A stretch of DNA of 64,000 bases from the human T2T-CHM13v2.0 reference genome, Homo sapiens. Each line of letters opens with the position of its first letter. The stretch's first letter is position 1. Positions 25,813 to 38,427 of this stretch are shown in pieces. The notes under the pieces were generated by a model. That model worked only from the letters and a program-made list of their open reading frames with translations. It was not told the origin of the DNA and searched no databases. Both the position numbers and the translations under genes were made by a program. Location: NCBI RefSeq assembly GCF_009914755.1, contig NC_060935.1; one strand, 5' to 3'.

Positions 25813-25873
25813 CTGGGATGAAGAGCAGGGCAGTTGTCGCCGAGAAGACGACCCAGTAGGCAGGATGGTACAT
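25813..25873 (-). CDS. OPCML: OPCML exon 1a coding part: signal peptide [20 protein letters not shown] + first base of Gly (61 nt, phase 1)
   Basis: Minus strand reads gtcgagATG TAC CAT CCT GCC TAC TGG GTC GTC TTC TCG GCG ACA ACT GCC CTG CTC TTC ATC CCA G|gtaccg. This is the N-terminus I recognise for the OPCML 1a isoform (continues VPVRSGDATF in exon 2). G at -3, GT donor at 25812-25811. Too short to appear in the ORF track. Confidence 0.96.
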
Positions 25874-26050
25874 CTCGACGCTGCGGTGCTCTCAGCTGCC
25901 GGGCTTGCTACTGCTTCTGCTGCTGCTACCGCTGCTGCCTTCCTCTGTGCTGAATTCTGAGCAGGTTTAAATCCAATGTTTGCAAAGGGAGGGAGAGAGC
26001 AGAAGAGAGAGAGAGCGCGCGAGAGATGGGAGCAGGCAGGCAGCGTCTCT
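25874..26050 (-). other. OPCML: OPCML exon 1a 5' UTR (TSS approximate, ~26050)
   Basis: ATG-free leader upstream of the start codon, with a CT-rich stretch and an interrupted GCA triplet run. The TSS is inferred from promoter elements at ~26090-26135 and recollection of the mRNA, not measured. Confidence 0.7.
25906..25938 (-). repeat. Interrupted (GCA)n run of 11 triplets in the OPCML 5' UTR
   Basis: GCA GCA GCG GTA GCA GCA GCA GAA GCA GTA GCA on the minus strand. Confidence 0.9.
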
Positions 26051-26310
26051 GATTTCTTTTCTTGCACACAACTGGTAAGAATCATCAGCACCAATCTGCA
26101 CAGGGCTCAGAGCAGTCCTCCAAGGCACGCATTGGCTCCACTCTCCTGAGCGACGGAAGGAGACTTTCCTGCTTGGAAGGCTTGACTCCAAGGGGAGTCG
26201 AAGCCGGCCCCTCACTCACCCCCTCACCGGAGCACAGCCCTGCGTGTTGCTATCTGTGTGAGTATGTTGATGTGGGGCTCACGTGGACACGTGAACACAC
26301 ACGAGCTCCT
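26051..26310 (-). promoter_or_regulatory. OPCML 1a proximal promoter (two opposed CCAAT boxes, tandem CACGTG E-boxes)
   Basis: CCAAT on + at 26091-26095; AGCCAATGCG on - (ATTGG 26131-26135); CACGTG at 26280-26285 and 26288-26293; locally raised CpG content; no obvious TATA box. Confidence 0.7.
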
Positions 26311-27219
26311 TGGTGGGCAGTGGAGAGGGCCTGGCACTGCCAGCAGGGCTCAGGGCACACCAAGAAAGAAAGGTTGCTTGGCAGAAATGTGACTAATGCC
26401 CATGCCAGTTCCTTATCATTCTTCCTTCTTCCTAGTCTCCAGGCAGGGATGGAGCAGGAACTGCTACCCACGGGGAGAGCTCAGACATTTAAATCTGCAC
26501 CCTACCCCTCCATTCGGCCATTAACAGCATTTGGAAGCAGTTGGTTTTCCCAGTAAGGAGATGGGCATGTTACGGTTTTAAACCAATGATGCAGGGAGAA
26601 TTGGCCAGTTCCCCACAATCAGAGCATTCTGAAACTCTACCAAGGCAAGATGCTATAGAAGCTCAAACAATTGCTATGATTACAGCATAGGCAGGGACAG
26701 ATTCAGATTAGATCTCAAGGAGGCGGAAACTTGCTGAAGTCATCGGAAATCTTCACAAGGAGAAGGCCACAGAAGGATACCTGTGGCTTCCTTCTGTTTT
26801 TTTTTTTTCTGCTTCTCCTTTTCAGGGTCCAGTCTGTCCCTTCCTCTGGAATGGCAGTTTACACCGGCAGTTTACACAGGATGGCAGTATCTCTGGGTGT
26901 AAGAAACCTCAGAACTTTCCCCTGCTCTAAAACGGCCTGCTTGCCCTCCCTAACACGTGCTTGTAAGCAGCACACCTTGCTGGCTGAGTGGTGCTGCCAC
27001 TGAACTATACCCTGAACTTGGAGGGTCTGTGATCAAAATAGCACCAAGTATTAGAGAAGGGACTCAGCAGACGATTTCTGTCCCAGGTGCTCTCCGAAGA
27101 CCTCAAGTGGCTTGGATTCCTTCCCAGCTCCACGTGTCCACACCTTGAGGTCTGTGAGGGACACTCCACAGGAGGTCTTTCTCCCTTCCTCCTTTGCTGC
27201 AATTCCCAAAGTTTTCCCA

Positions 27220-27395
27220 AGTGACCTACTATGGGCAGGTATTCACCTCTATCACTTTAGTTAATCCTCACCAGCGTCCTTCCTTGTAGGCATTATGACC
27301 CCTGAATTTTCAACTGAGGTTGACAGCGATTCAGTGACTTGCCACACAGCTAATGAGTTAAGATAAAAACCCAGGTCTGTCCTGCAAAATCCACA
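27220..27395 (-). mobile_element. MIR
   Basis: TTAATCCTCAC...AACTGAGG...AGTGACTTGCCACACAGCTAATGAG...AACCCAGGTCTGTC. Confidence 0.7.
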
Positions 27396-28359
27396 CAGTT
27401 TTTATAAAGCAGCCAATTGCCAACAAGTTCTTTGGGCCTGACTGAGCGCCTCTCTTTCTATAAAATAAATCATGTTTACTTTTAAAGAAGTAAAACAATT
27501 GATTACTCCCCTCCTTATGAACAAGTCAGAAAACTTCAGCAGTAAAAGAGAAAACAGATGATGATTGTATCATCCGCTGACACTTATGAAGTACCTACTT
27601 AACATAGTCATTTTTTCAGGGATGAGAATATGAAGAATATGATTTGTTCTCGTCTATAAAGGGCATACAATATAAGTCAGGAGATCAGCCAAAAGTTAGC
27701 ATTGTGACTTTGCGAATGTACATAAAAATAATAGGACACGTACACACTGTTAGAGTCAAATTTTGTAGACCTCATCACTGCAAACATGTCGTTCACAAGC
27801 AAATTGATATGTGAATCCTTCAGGCAATGCTGGAATCCTGCAGAAATCCAGAATTATTACCAGTGGCTGAATACGCTGGAGAATACAACTGGCTTGAAAT
27901 TGTGGGAGAGACCAGATAGGCCACAGAAATGAGATAGACATCTCATGGAGGGGAAGAGAGCAGACACAGGTAGAAACCCTGCAGGGGGGAGTTAGGGGAG
28001 GAGATGGGAGACCAAGAGAGAAAGACCTTGAGTCCTAGACCAGTGATTTAGAAATTTCCCCCTGCTGGGAAAAACAGTTAATTTCTTTTTGAGCAGGGGA
28101 GCGCTGTGAATGAGAGGGAGTTAATTTATGGAAATTAATCTGGGTGAAGTGTACAGGAGGGATTGTGGCAAGCACACTTGTTAGTAGGCATGGCCCAAGT
28201 TTGATAGATCCTGGAACTGGTGGTAGCAGTAGAAGAGGAAAAGAAGGGGGTTGTATGTGGAACGCAGAAGAGTTAGGAGGACGTAGTGACTGATGGCATT
28301 CTACGGATAATAGACATCATGTATTCACCCTCTGCAGGCTAGATTTTTTTTAAAAATAT

Positions 28360-28750
28360 TATCACATTCAATTCCTAGCCGTTACTCTATGAAGGTGTAA
28401 TTATGCCTTTTTGAGAGATGAAGAAACCGAGACTTAGAAAGGTTAGGTAATTTATCCGAGGTCACACAGCTAGTTAGTGACAGCCAAAATTTAATCCTGG
28501 GTTTTTCTGTTTCCAAATAAGCGACTCCCTAGAAGAAATTATCATATTGGGCACCATCATTTTATTGAATATTCACATGCCAATCACTCAGGTATTGCCC
28601 TTATAAATCCCTATTTATTTATCACCCACACAGACTAGAGGGAGAGACTGGAGCTCAAAGAGCTTTAATAACATCCCCAACATTGCAGAGCTGCCCGGGT
28701 GTGGAGCCCCGGTTCAAGGCCTGCCTTCACCACTGGTGCTCTTAACCACC
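28360..28750 (-). mobile_element. Two adjacent MIRs
   Basis: AGATGAAGAAACCGAGACTTAGAAAGGTTAGGTAATTTATCCGAGGTCACACAGCTAG and GAGACTGGAGCTCAAAGAG...CTTAACCAC. Confidence 0.75.
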
Positions 28751-29989
28751 AGGAGGAGAGAGAAGGAGCAGCACTGGCAGCCTAGGAGGGGACCGAGTCC
28801 CAGCGCTGCCTGTGCAGTAGCACCTGAGGACATGGAAGTGCATTCCATGCAGCCCCAACCCCACTCCAGGAAAGAGGGGCACACACTACTAGTCGGTAGC
28901 TAGTGGCCAGACAGGAGCAAACTTTCATTAAACTGTCTTGGGCCAATCACAATCCTAGGAACTTCATAAATTTTCTCTGTATTGCTAGCCCATTTCAAAG
29001 ATAAATAAATAGAACAAGTTACAGAGAGTCTCGAGTCCCTCCTCTAAGACTAATAAGTGGCAAGGAAATTGAGGTCTTTCTTACTCCAGAGTTTACATTC
29101 TTTCACCTTTCCCTGTCAACTATATTTTTGTTTTAAAAACACCCATTTATTCTGCCAACATTTTTCCTAGTCCACACACATGCACACACATGAGCATACA
29201 CACACACACATACCCCAAGTCTTTTAATTAAATTCACATTTAACACACTTCTATGTATAGCAGGAAAAAATTTTTAAAATTTGTATACCTAATATGATCT
29301 TCCTTAAGGAAACACATAAATATGTATTTTCACTGATCAATTCTTTTAGGTCTATTATATGATTAAAACATATGTCTCTTTTATTTAAAAAAAGTAGAGG
29401 AAGAAATGTATAAATGCATATTTAATCAATAGATGGCACCAACTCTGTAAAGAGATATTACGGTCTACTGGGTCTATTTAAACATCTTTAAAAAATACAA
29501 ATACAAATAAAAATGCTTCAATGCATATTTACTAGGGGGACTGCTCTCTTCTCTGGGGTAAATAATATGCAATTTTATACCTTCTGTGAATCTTTATTTT
29601 CTTCTTCCAAAGCAAACAAAATCATCAAAACTGTATTTAAATAGCAACAATGTGGGGGAACAAACCAACCAACACCAGGCAGTTGTGCAAGGAGACTTGA
29701 CTGTCACACTTGCACTTCTGACTAGGATTCTTTCTTCTGGAACAGCGGTGTTGGGCTGACATCTTCAAAGGCAGCGGCCAGCTTCCTAGGGCCAGATGGG
29801 GAATGGGAATGTTGGATCAGGGGTGAGGTCCCCCTGGGTCCAAGGTGTGCTCCTGCCTGATGCCAGTCCTGCTCCTTCACACCAGCTGTATGACCTTGGG
29901 CAAGGATACAGGGACTTCCTCTGACTCATATTGTTTCTTTGTTATACAGAGAACTGCACTGATGAAGAGATTACCTTGTGGTATTTTAT

Positions 29990-30330
29990 GTATCCATTCA
30001 TTCATGCAATAAATATTTCTTAGATACCTACTCTGGGCCAGGTACAAACCTACTACATGTGATGCAAAGAGATACAATGTAAAGCAAGACAAGACTGTCC
30101 TCACCCCTCCAAAATTCAGAGAGCAGTGGGGGAGGAGAACATTGAACCGTGAATTGATTACATTTATGACAAGTGTGTGTAGAAAATATATAGGTCTATG
30201 GCAAAGCATGAGATACAGATACACCTGGGGACGGGGAGAGTGTGAGACTGCCCTGAGGACAGGACTTCTAAGCTGGGATCCCAGTAGGAGCTTCCCAGAA
30301 GGAGGAAAAGCCCGAGATTGTTCCTGGCAG
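29990..30330 (-). mobile_element. L2 3' fragment
   Basis: CATTCATTCATGCAATAAATATTTCTTAGATACCTACTCTGGGCCAGG. Confidence 0.7.
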
Positions 30331-31383
30331 ATGAAAGCAGCAAGTGCAAACCCCGGAAGCAGAGAGTAGACTGTGTGGACACTAACAGCTCTTTAGTGCA
30401 ATTCACATTCACCCAACCTTTTGCTGAGACAAACTCTGCAGTAAATAGTGTTAAGATGATGGATTGGTGCACTTGGAGCCCAACAATGGAACAGGAAGGA
30501 TGGATTTTTAGATACTGAAATACTTGTTAGGGTTGGGGGCTGCCTGCAAAAAATAAAAAGCGGAAGATGATAAAACATTACAGATTAAAATCTGACTCTT
30601 CCACTTAAGCTTTCAATATTCCAAAATGAACTGGAGCCTCCTGAGCTGTAAGTGATTCCCTGAGAGCAAGTTAAAGACTCTGGAAGGCACATTAACTCCT
30701 TTAAACCACAAAGGTGTCATTTAGTTCAAAGGAGCAATGATTTATTAAATGACTGGCTTATGACTAGAAGAGTAAGCCCTTCTGAAGTCCCAGGGACTCT
30801 CTTACAATGGGAGTTGTACCTTTGGACTCAGGTCTTAACCTATTTCTGATACTTCTTCGAAATTTGAATATGTTCACAAAATATCTTGGTCAAGCCCAAG
30901 AAAGCCTTAACAATAAGTATCACTTATGAAACATGCACTACGTTCCAGTTTCCCTGCAAGGTGGCTAACATGCACCGTGGCTACTCTTCACACCAATCCC
31001 TTCCACAAAGTAGACACTGCAACACACACTTCACAGAAATGTCAGCTAGGGTTTCCCCAAGGCTCTGCAGAGCATTGGCAGAGCTGAGATTCACTCAGAG
31101 CTGGCTGACTCCAAAGGCCACATGCTTTCCATCCTCCCTCAAAGGTCTCTGATACGCTTACATGAAATCATTACAAGGTTTACTACATGATGTCAGCATC
31201 ATACTTAAAAAAATTTTTTAAACCTTAAAGTAATATATTACATAGTTTATCAAGTTTTTAGTGTTAACTGCTTAAGATTGAAAACAGCATTCCAAATCCC
31301 ACTCCGCGGGAGCAACAACTTCCATCTCTTTTAGCTATTTCTTCCGGTATTTGCTTCCTTTCTTTTAAAATTGTGCTTATATT

Positions 31384-31631
<248 letters not shown>

Positions 31632-31670
31632 TTATTCTTCCACTTCTTCATTTAACAATTTTTAAAATGA

Positions 31671-32042
<372 letters not shown>

Positions 32043-32070
32043 CCCTTTTTAAATATAAATAATTTCACAG

Positions 32071-32118
32071 TGTTTAATTATATCAATATGCAGTTGTTTA
32101 ATTATATCAATATGCAGT
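32071..32118. repeat. Perfect 24-bp tandem duplication
   Basis: TGTTTAATTATATCAATATGCAGT x2. Confidence 0.95.
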
Positions 32119-32773
32119 ATTGACATTTTTTATTATTGTCTTTCTTATGCAACTGTTTGCTTTTCCTGGAGATAATATTTGCCTTTTTGTTTAATTTGCT
32201 TAATTTTTTATAGACCTATCATTGACTCTCCCCAAACTTTCTGCAGAACTCTAAAATTTGTCTCATTATTGTTGAATCAATTGAGTAATCTCTCAATGTC
32301 TTGTATTAAAGGCATTCCCCAGAGTCATTCATCCCCCTGAACCTCAGGTGTCATCTGGGACTTCCCTTTACCAAGAGAATACAACAGCCTGTGCTTCTCC
32401 CTTGTTTCTGGAGGCAGGTTTTCTTTCCTCTCGGTGTCTTTCCTTGTATTAATGCAACTCATCTTTGTATAGATTGCTGAGAAAGCATACTTAGGTGGTT
32501 ATCTGCATACTGGAAAATGGCTTTATTCTTACCTCACTCAACATGTATAGCTAGTTAAGCTGCACATAGAATGCTGGGTTGAGAATGAGTATCCACTTCA
32601 AATTTTGAAGTCATTTCTCTATGTTCTTCTAAGTTTAAGCATTTTTGTTGAAAAGTCTGATGAATATCAATTTATGTATCTTTGTATGTGAGACAGCTTT
32701 ATTTTGTCTCAGTAAATACTTAGGGTATTCTCTTTATTCATGGCTTTCCAAAATTTTGTAAAGATCTTTCTTA

Positions 32774-33130
<357 letters not shown>

Positions 33131-36100
33131 TTAGTGTGAAAATGTTCATGTCCTTTAACTCTGGGAATTTTGAATTTTTTTCACATTGTGGCTTCAAAAT
33201 GTTTCTCTTCTCTATTTTATTTGTTCTTATTTGTGGAGGTCCTATTAAAAGGACATTAGAGTACCTGGATTGGTTTCCATCTATTTTCTCTCTTTTTCAT
33301 CAAGATGCCCTTGACTTTAATTTCTCCTAGTGAATTTTGTTAATTATACTATCAAACTATTAATTTCAAATGGTCTTCTTTGTTGTCTTTTTTTAAAAAA
33401 TAGTTCCCTATTCTTGTTTCACGTTCACAATATCTTCTAACATCTCTCTGAGGATATTAATTAAGGCTTCTGAGATTTCCTTTTGCTGCCTGCAAAATCT
33501 CCATTTCCTCAGATAACGTATTTTTTTTCCCTCAGTTGTGTTGTCTTTGGCTTTTATGCGGAAAAGCTTCCTCAACTGTCTGGTGATCTTTGGTCTTCCT
33601 TTTATATTCAAGAGAAAAGCAACAAAAGACTAACTTGCATTATTGACTGGCAGATCCTTTAAAGATTATCAGGCAAGGAGCTGGCCTTGGGGCCCCTTCC
33701 CGCAAAGTGTCAGCAGTTGTAGGTCCTTTTTTTTGTCCTTAAGCCAGACAAATTTCCCCACAGAGGAGCCCTTCATTCTCTTCCCAGGGGAGTAAAATCC
33801 TGGCTTCTCTCATTCTAGAAGAAGGCTCAGTGGGTTTCACCATTCAGGATGGAGACTCTCAACCTCTTTGTTTTTAATAGAGGGCCTCAACTCTCTCCTG
33901 TGGTTGAGACTGGAGCCTCTCTTCTTCAATTCCTTCCAAAAATTAACTTTCCATTCATGCTATAGTGGGAGGATCAGGGAATTCTGGGGATGAGAAGTGT
34001 ATGACACAGACTTTCAACCAATCCTTTACTTTCAGCCCTCCCCATTTGTGTCTTCCAAGGTATCCTGTACCTCTCATTCCCAGGCCTGGGTCCAACAGTC
34101 TAAGTCTATCTGTCATGTCACCCTGCAGACCCTTAAATGTCCTTTCTTCACTAAATCAGTTGCCACTGATTGTTGTTTTTTTTTTTTTTTTCTGAAGAAA
34201 ACATCCATCACACCTCCAATTTTTTTTCTATTTTTTGTTTGTCCTTGGGATTTGTACCTTTTTAACCCTTTGTTATCATGTCTGTGAGATTAGCGAAGAC
34301 ACTGGAGATCAGCCCTCCATAACTGACTGCATACAAGTTCATGCACTTAGTAGCCATGAAGCAGGAAAGATGACAGACAGAACTGTGACCACACCTGGAA
34401 TAGCAAGCTCTGCTTCCAATAGAAAGCAAAGTCCTGCACAAACAGGAGTCACTGAAATATGAGTGACTACTGCTGAAGTGTGCGTCAAACATGCACTTTC
34501 ATGAAGTCATTTATTTGCTTCACCCCCGTGTGAAGGAGCACAGAAGGAACAAATTAGCCCCACTTCGCAGATAGAAAAATAAGGAGGAACTGAGATGAAA
34601 AGATCTGACCCAAATCCTAGCAAATCAAGGATTAAGCCAGGACCGGCATACATATATCCTGATACTTAGGCCTTTCCTACCAGCCAGCCCCGACAATGAA
34701 TGCTCCTTTCAAACACTGTTGCTGTCACTAATCACATAAGCATTGCCTTAGCTCACACACAGCCCAAACACTGGCTAGATGTGCTGGAGACAGTGCAATA
34801 ACCAAGCTCGCCTCATCACAAGCCTTCTATTTAGATATGCCTGATCCCACTTTAACTAAGTATTGAAGAAAATGGCACCAGATTTTCACCTTCGTATGCA
34901 AGTTTTCCCCCAGAACGTCTCTCAAGCAAGAACTGAAATAGCCTATGTAAGGGGGAAAAAGTCATTAGCCCTTTTCCAAAGTGAAGAGCAGGAATGCGGA
35001 AGGACGCCCACCCACAAGTAAGTGTCAGGCAGGGCCAGCACTCCCAGACTCCTGCCCGGAGCGCCACCCTCTGTCTTGTGGCTGACTTTGGTTTTCCCTT
35101 TCTCTCTCCTCCCTTTTGCTTTCCCCGCCCATTTCCTGTCCTCCTTTTCTCCCTGTGTGGAGGGGCCTCTCCCTACTCTTCTCTGAATGAAAAGGCTACT
35201 CTTCTCTCCTTGACATCTTGTTAGGCTGTGAATACACATCTATTGATTTGCATTTGGTGGAAGAAAAAGAGGGAAGGCGGGGAGGGGGTGAAGAAAAAGA
35301 AAAACACACAGTCACACATTCCCTAACTTCATGGCTTCCAGGAGGACATGTTCAAGCAAGGCGGAGAATTTTAACTGCATCTCCTTCTGCCTCCAACCCC
35401 TCCAGCCACTCCATCACACCAGCTACTGCCTAGGTTCCACCTAGCCCGGGCCCACGCTCGCTCGGAGGAGGTGGCTGGCACCGAGGGAGCCACTCAGGCT
35501 TCCTCCCTCCTGCATGTCTGTGCTCACAGATTGCTGACACTGACCCTTTGTGTGAGGCTACAGTCCAAAATAAGTTTTCTTGCAGGATAGGGGCTCAGGA
35601 GAGTCAGGAGACTTTGTTGTTAGCAAAGGCTGGCCCCAGAGACTAAGTGACAATGACTTCCATGGTTGTGCTAGCTGTTTGTGCCAATGTAAAAATAAAG
35701 CCCAAGTCATTAAGAAGCATACAACTAGGAATCATACACCTCGGTTACAACTGAGGTTCTAACGCTTTCTAGCCATGAGGTACTTAACTCCACATTCTTC
35801 TCTTCCCAGAGACCAACATTTAGTGCACAGGGAATGCACACTTTTTTTTTTAAGGATTTACACCCAAAATTAATTCCAAAGCTGCACAGAGATGCAGGAC
35901 AAGCTTTTCCTTGTCCCTGGCATCTTTGGGGGCCGGGAGCTAATTCTCTATGTAGCAAAAGTGGCCAAGGAATCAAAGGGTTTATTACTTCAACTCAATA
36001 TGCATCTTTCTATGGCAAAAACTAAGTCAGCATCTAATCTAGGACCATTTTAGCTTATTTTCAAGTAATATTTACTAAGCATTCAATCAGTAACCATTAC

Positions 36101-37559
36101 TGAGCATCCATTGTGCGCAAAGAGAAGCTGAGTGTGCACAGAAGCTTGAGCCCTGCAGAAGGCAGAGATGGCCCTGATGCAGTGTTCCACGGTCCCTGGA
36201 GAAAGGAGGGAGGCAGCCAAATGACCAGCAAAAAAGCCTTTGGAAAGTAGGAATGCCCCTGCACGTGGCCATATCATCGTTGCGGTAGTGGATATGACAT
36301 TCTCTAGGCACAGCCACATCTGCGTATTTCACGAAGAATGCACTATTAGCCAAAGATAGTGGTGCCATTTAAATGAAATCAGCCTGCACAGTATTTTAAA
36401 TAATCCCGGTTTTGGTTCAGTCCACATGCGCACCTTTTAAAATGGAAACACTGGACCGAGCAGTAATGACAGAGAAAAAAACAAACTCCAGCTACATGTA
36501 TTTGGACTGGAAATTGTGGAGAGCTCAAGATTGAAATGAATCTGATTGCCCTCCCAGACTTACCTTACACAAAACCGCAGCACTTATGTGAAGATGCCCT
36601 CCTGCAAAATTAGATTCTTCAAGCTTCACTAGGTACCTGTGTTTGACACACTTGCTTCTGTTTTCAATATTTCCTTGAAGGATGTAAGAGCCTCTGAGGC
36701 CTCCAAAGTTCAGTTAAACCAAAGACCTGCGAGTTAGGATGTTAACCTAAAGATGCCCCTGCTCAGAAGTCTATACTATTGAACTGCAATTCTCACGAGG
36801 GGAAGTGGTGAAGAAAGCCTTTTTGCTCTTTTGCTTTTTTGCTGAGGGGGGGCATGCTGGGTACTCCCTGGAATGAACAATGCTCTCCCAAATCTTTATC
36901 CTGCCTGGAACACAGATGCTGATACAAAATGAGAACTCAGAGCCTGAGGAGCAGGTTACCTGGACTTTGTTCTGGTAGAGCTTGGAGCAGGGTTTTGAAT
37001 GGACTTGTGTTCCTTCTGTTACCTTTAACATAAACTACATGGGTCTCTCATTACTTCCACCACCAACAAAGATTTTGAATTTGCCCGTGGTCCTAGGAAC
37101 CCTGGAGCAAGGAGGATGATTAAATCAACAAGTTTCAGTGACCCTCGGCCTCCTTTCCAGGCAACTCTCTTGTTGCCTGACATTAATATTTCCAGAGCCT
37201 ACTTAACTGCATATATTTTTATCCAAAATGTGTGGCTAGAGAAAATAACTTCATTAATATGGTGGCAAAATACTAAAACAAAAGGTCAGGGGGTGACACA
37301 CACACAAAATCGCCTCTGGACAGTGTCTCCGTGTCCCCAAGAAGCTACACTGAACACCTGAGACCCACTTAGGAACTCACCAACTGTGAGGACCATGCAT
37401 CTCTTAGGAACTACCTGCCATGACAGCTCAGCCCTGAGACCCACTAAGACAAGAGTCCTGAAAGGTTCCAGCGTGCTCAGAGGAGAGTGTACCCATAGGT
37501 TCCACAGCACCATGGGCCTTTATTTACACAGCACCCTTTCCCCAGCACCAACCTAAAGC

Positions 37560-37722
37560 ATTTTTTTTTTTTTTGAGATAGGGCCTCACTCTGTCACCCA
37601 GGCTGAAGTGCAGTGGTGCAATTATATCTTATAGCAGCCTCAAAACTCCTGGGTTCAAGCAATGCTCCTGCCTCAGTCTTCAAAAGCATTGGGATTACAC
37701 GCGTGAGCCACCACATTCGACC
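37560..37722 (-). mobile_element. Alu monomer (FRAM/AluJ-like single arm)
   Basis: Poly-T, GAGATAGGGCCTCACTCTGTCACCCAGGCTG...GGGATTACACGCGTGAGCCACC; ~160 bp. Confidence 0.85.
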
Positions 37723-38073
37723 CATGACAGCATTTTAAGGTGGAAATTAGCTCATGGAGCCTTTGCCAGGATCTGCAGGTGCCAAGGGTTCGGAGCTGAG
37801 GAATACAGAGCCAGAAATGGCAAACAGCGGTAGGTCCAGCCGTGCCAAAGGGCACACTTGTCACTACATCTTCCAGGCCAAGATTTTGGCCATGACATTG
37901 GAGCATCAAGAACTCATGGCTCCTGCACTCTGATCTCTGATAGCAAAGAGGAAATATTTCTTCCCTGACACTTTCATTAAGGCTTTAGTAACCTCCCCAA
38001 CCACCTCCCATGGAAGGAGGCTCACAACCCACATTCACAGCTTTCAGTGTCTATCCTCTGGAACAGCATATGC

Positions 38074-38368
38074 CAGCAGTGGCAAACTGGCAGCCTGGGA
38101 GCTGGATTTGACCCCAGGACACGTATTCTATATCCAGCAGTATTTTTAAATAAAGTATGTTGCCAACAAGTCGTCATCCAGATTTTTAGGTTTTCTTGAA
38201 AAATCAGATGACTTAATCAAGCTGATTCTTCATTCCATCTAATAAAAATCGTCTGGAATTCTAGCTGCTCTTCTAGGCAAAGAAGCTCCTCTGTGCTACT
38301 GCAGCCCCAGGGCCCACTTCATTCATATATACAACCCACCCTCCCAGGCCTCCCCTGCACCTAGAGTG
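38074..38368 (+). mobile_element. MER102-like hAT-Charlie element
   Basis: GTGGCAAACTGGCAGCC...GTTGCCAACA...TTCTTGAAAAATCAGA...GGCCCACTTCATTCAT. Confidence 0.65.
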
Positions 38369-38372
38369 TAGT

Positions 38373-38375
<3 letters not shown>

Positions 38376-38423
<48 letters not shown>
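38376..38423. repeat. (TC)24 perfect microsatellite
   Basis: Direct reading. Confidence 0.97.

Positions 38424-38427
<4 letters not shown>

Noticed and set aside
25471-26094. 207-aa minus-strand ORF with poly-Ala spanning exon 1a
   Set aside because: Not the OPCML frame; begins upstream of the likely TSS at a non-ATG codon and runs through the donor into low-complexity intron.
29427-29441. CTCF-like TCAATAGATGGCACC
   Set aside because: Mismatches at the informative 5' positions, in an AT-rich context; too weak to call.
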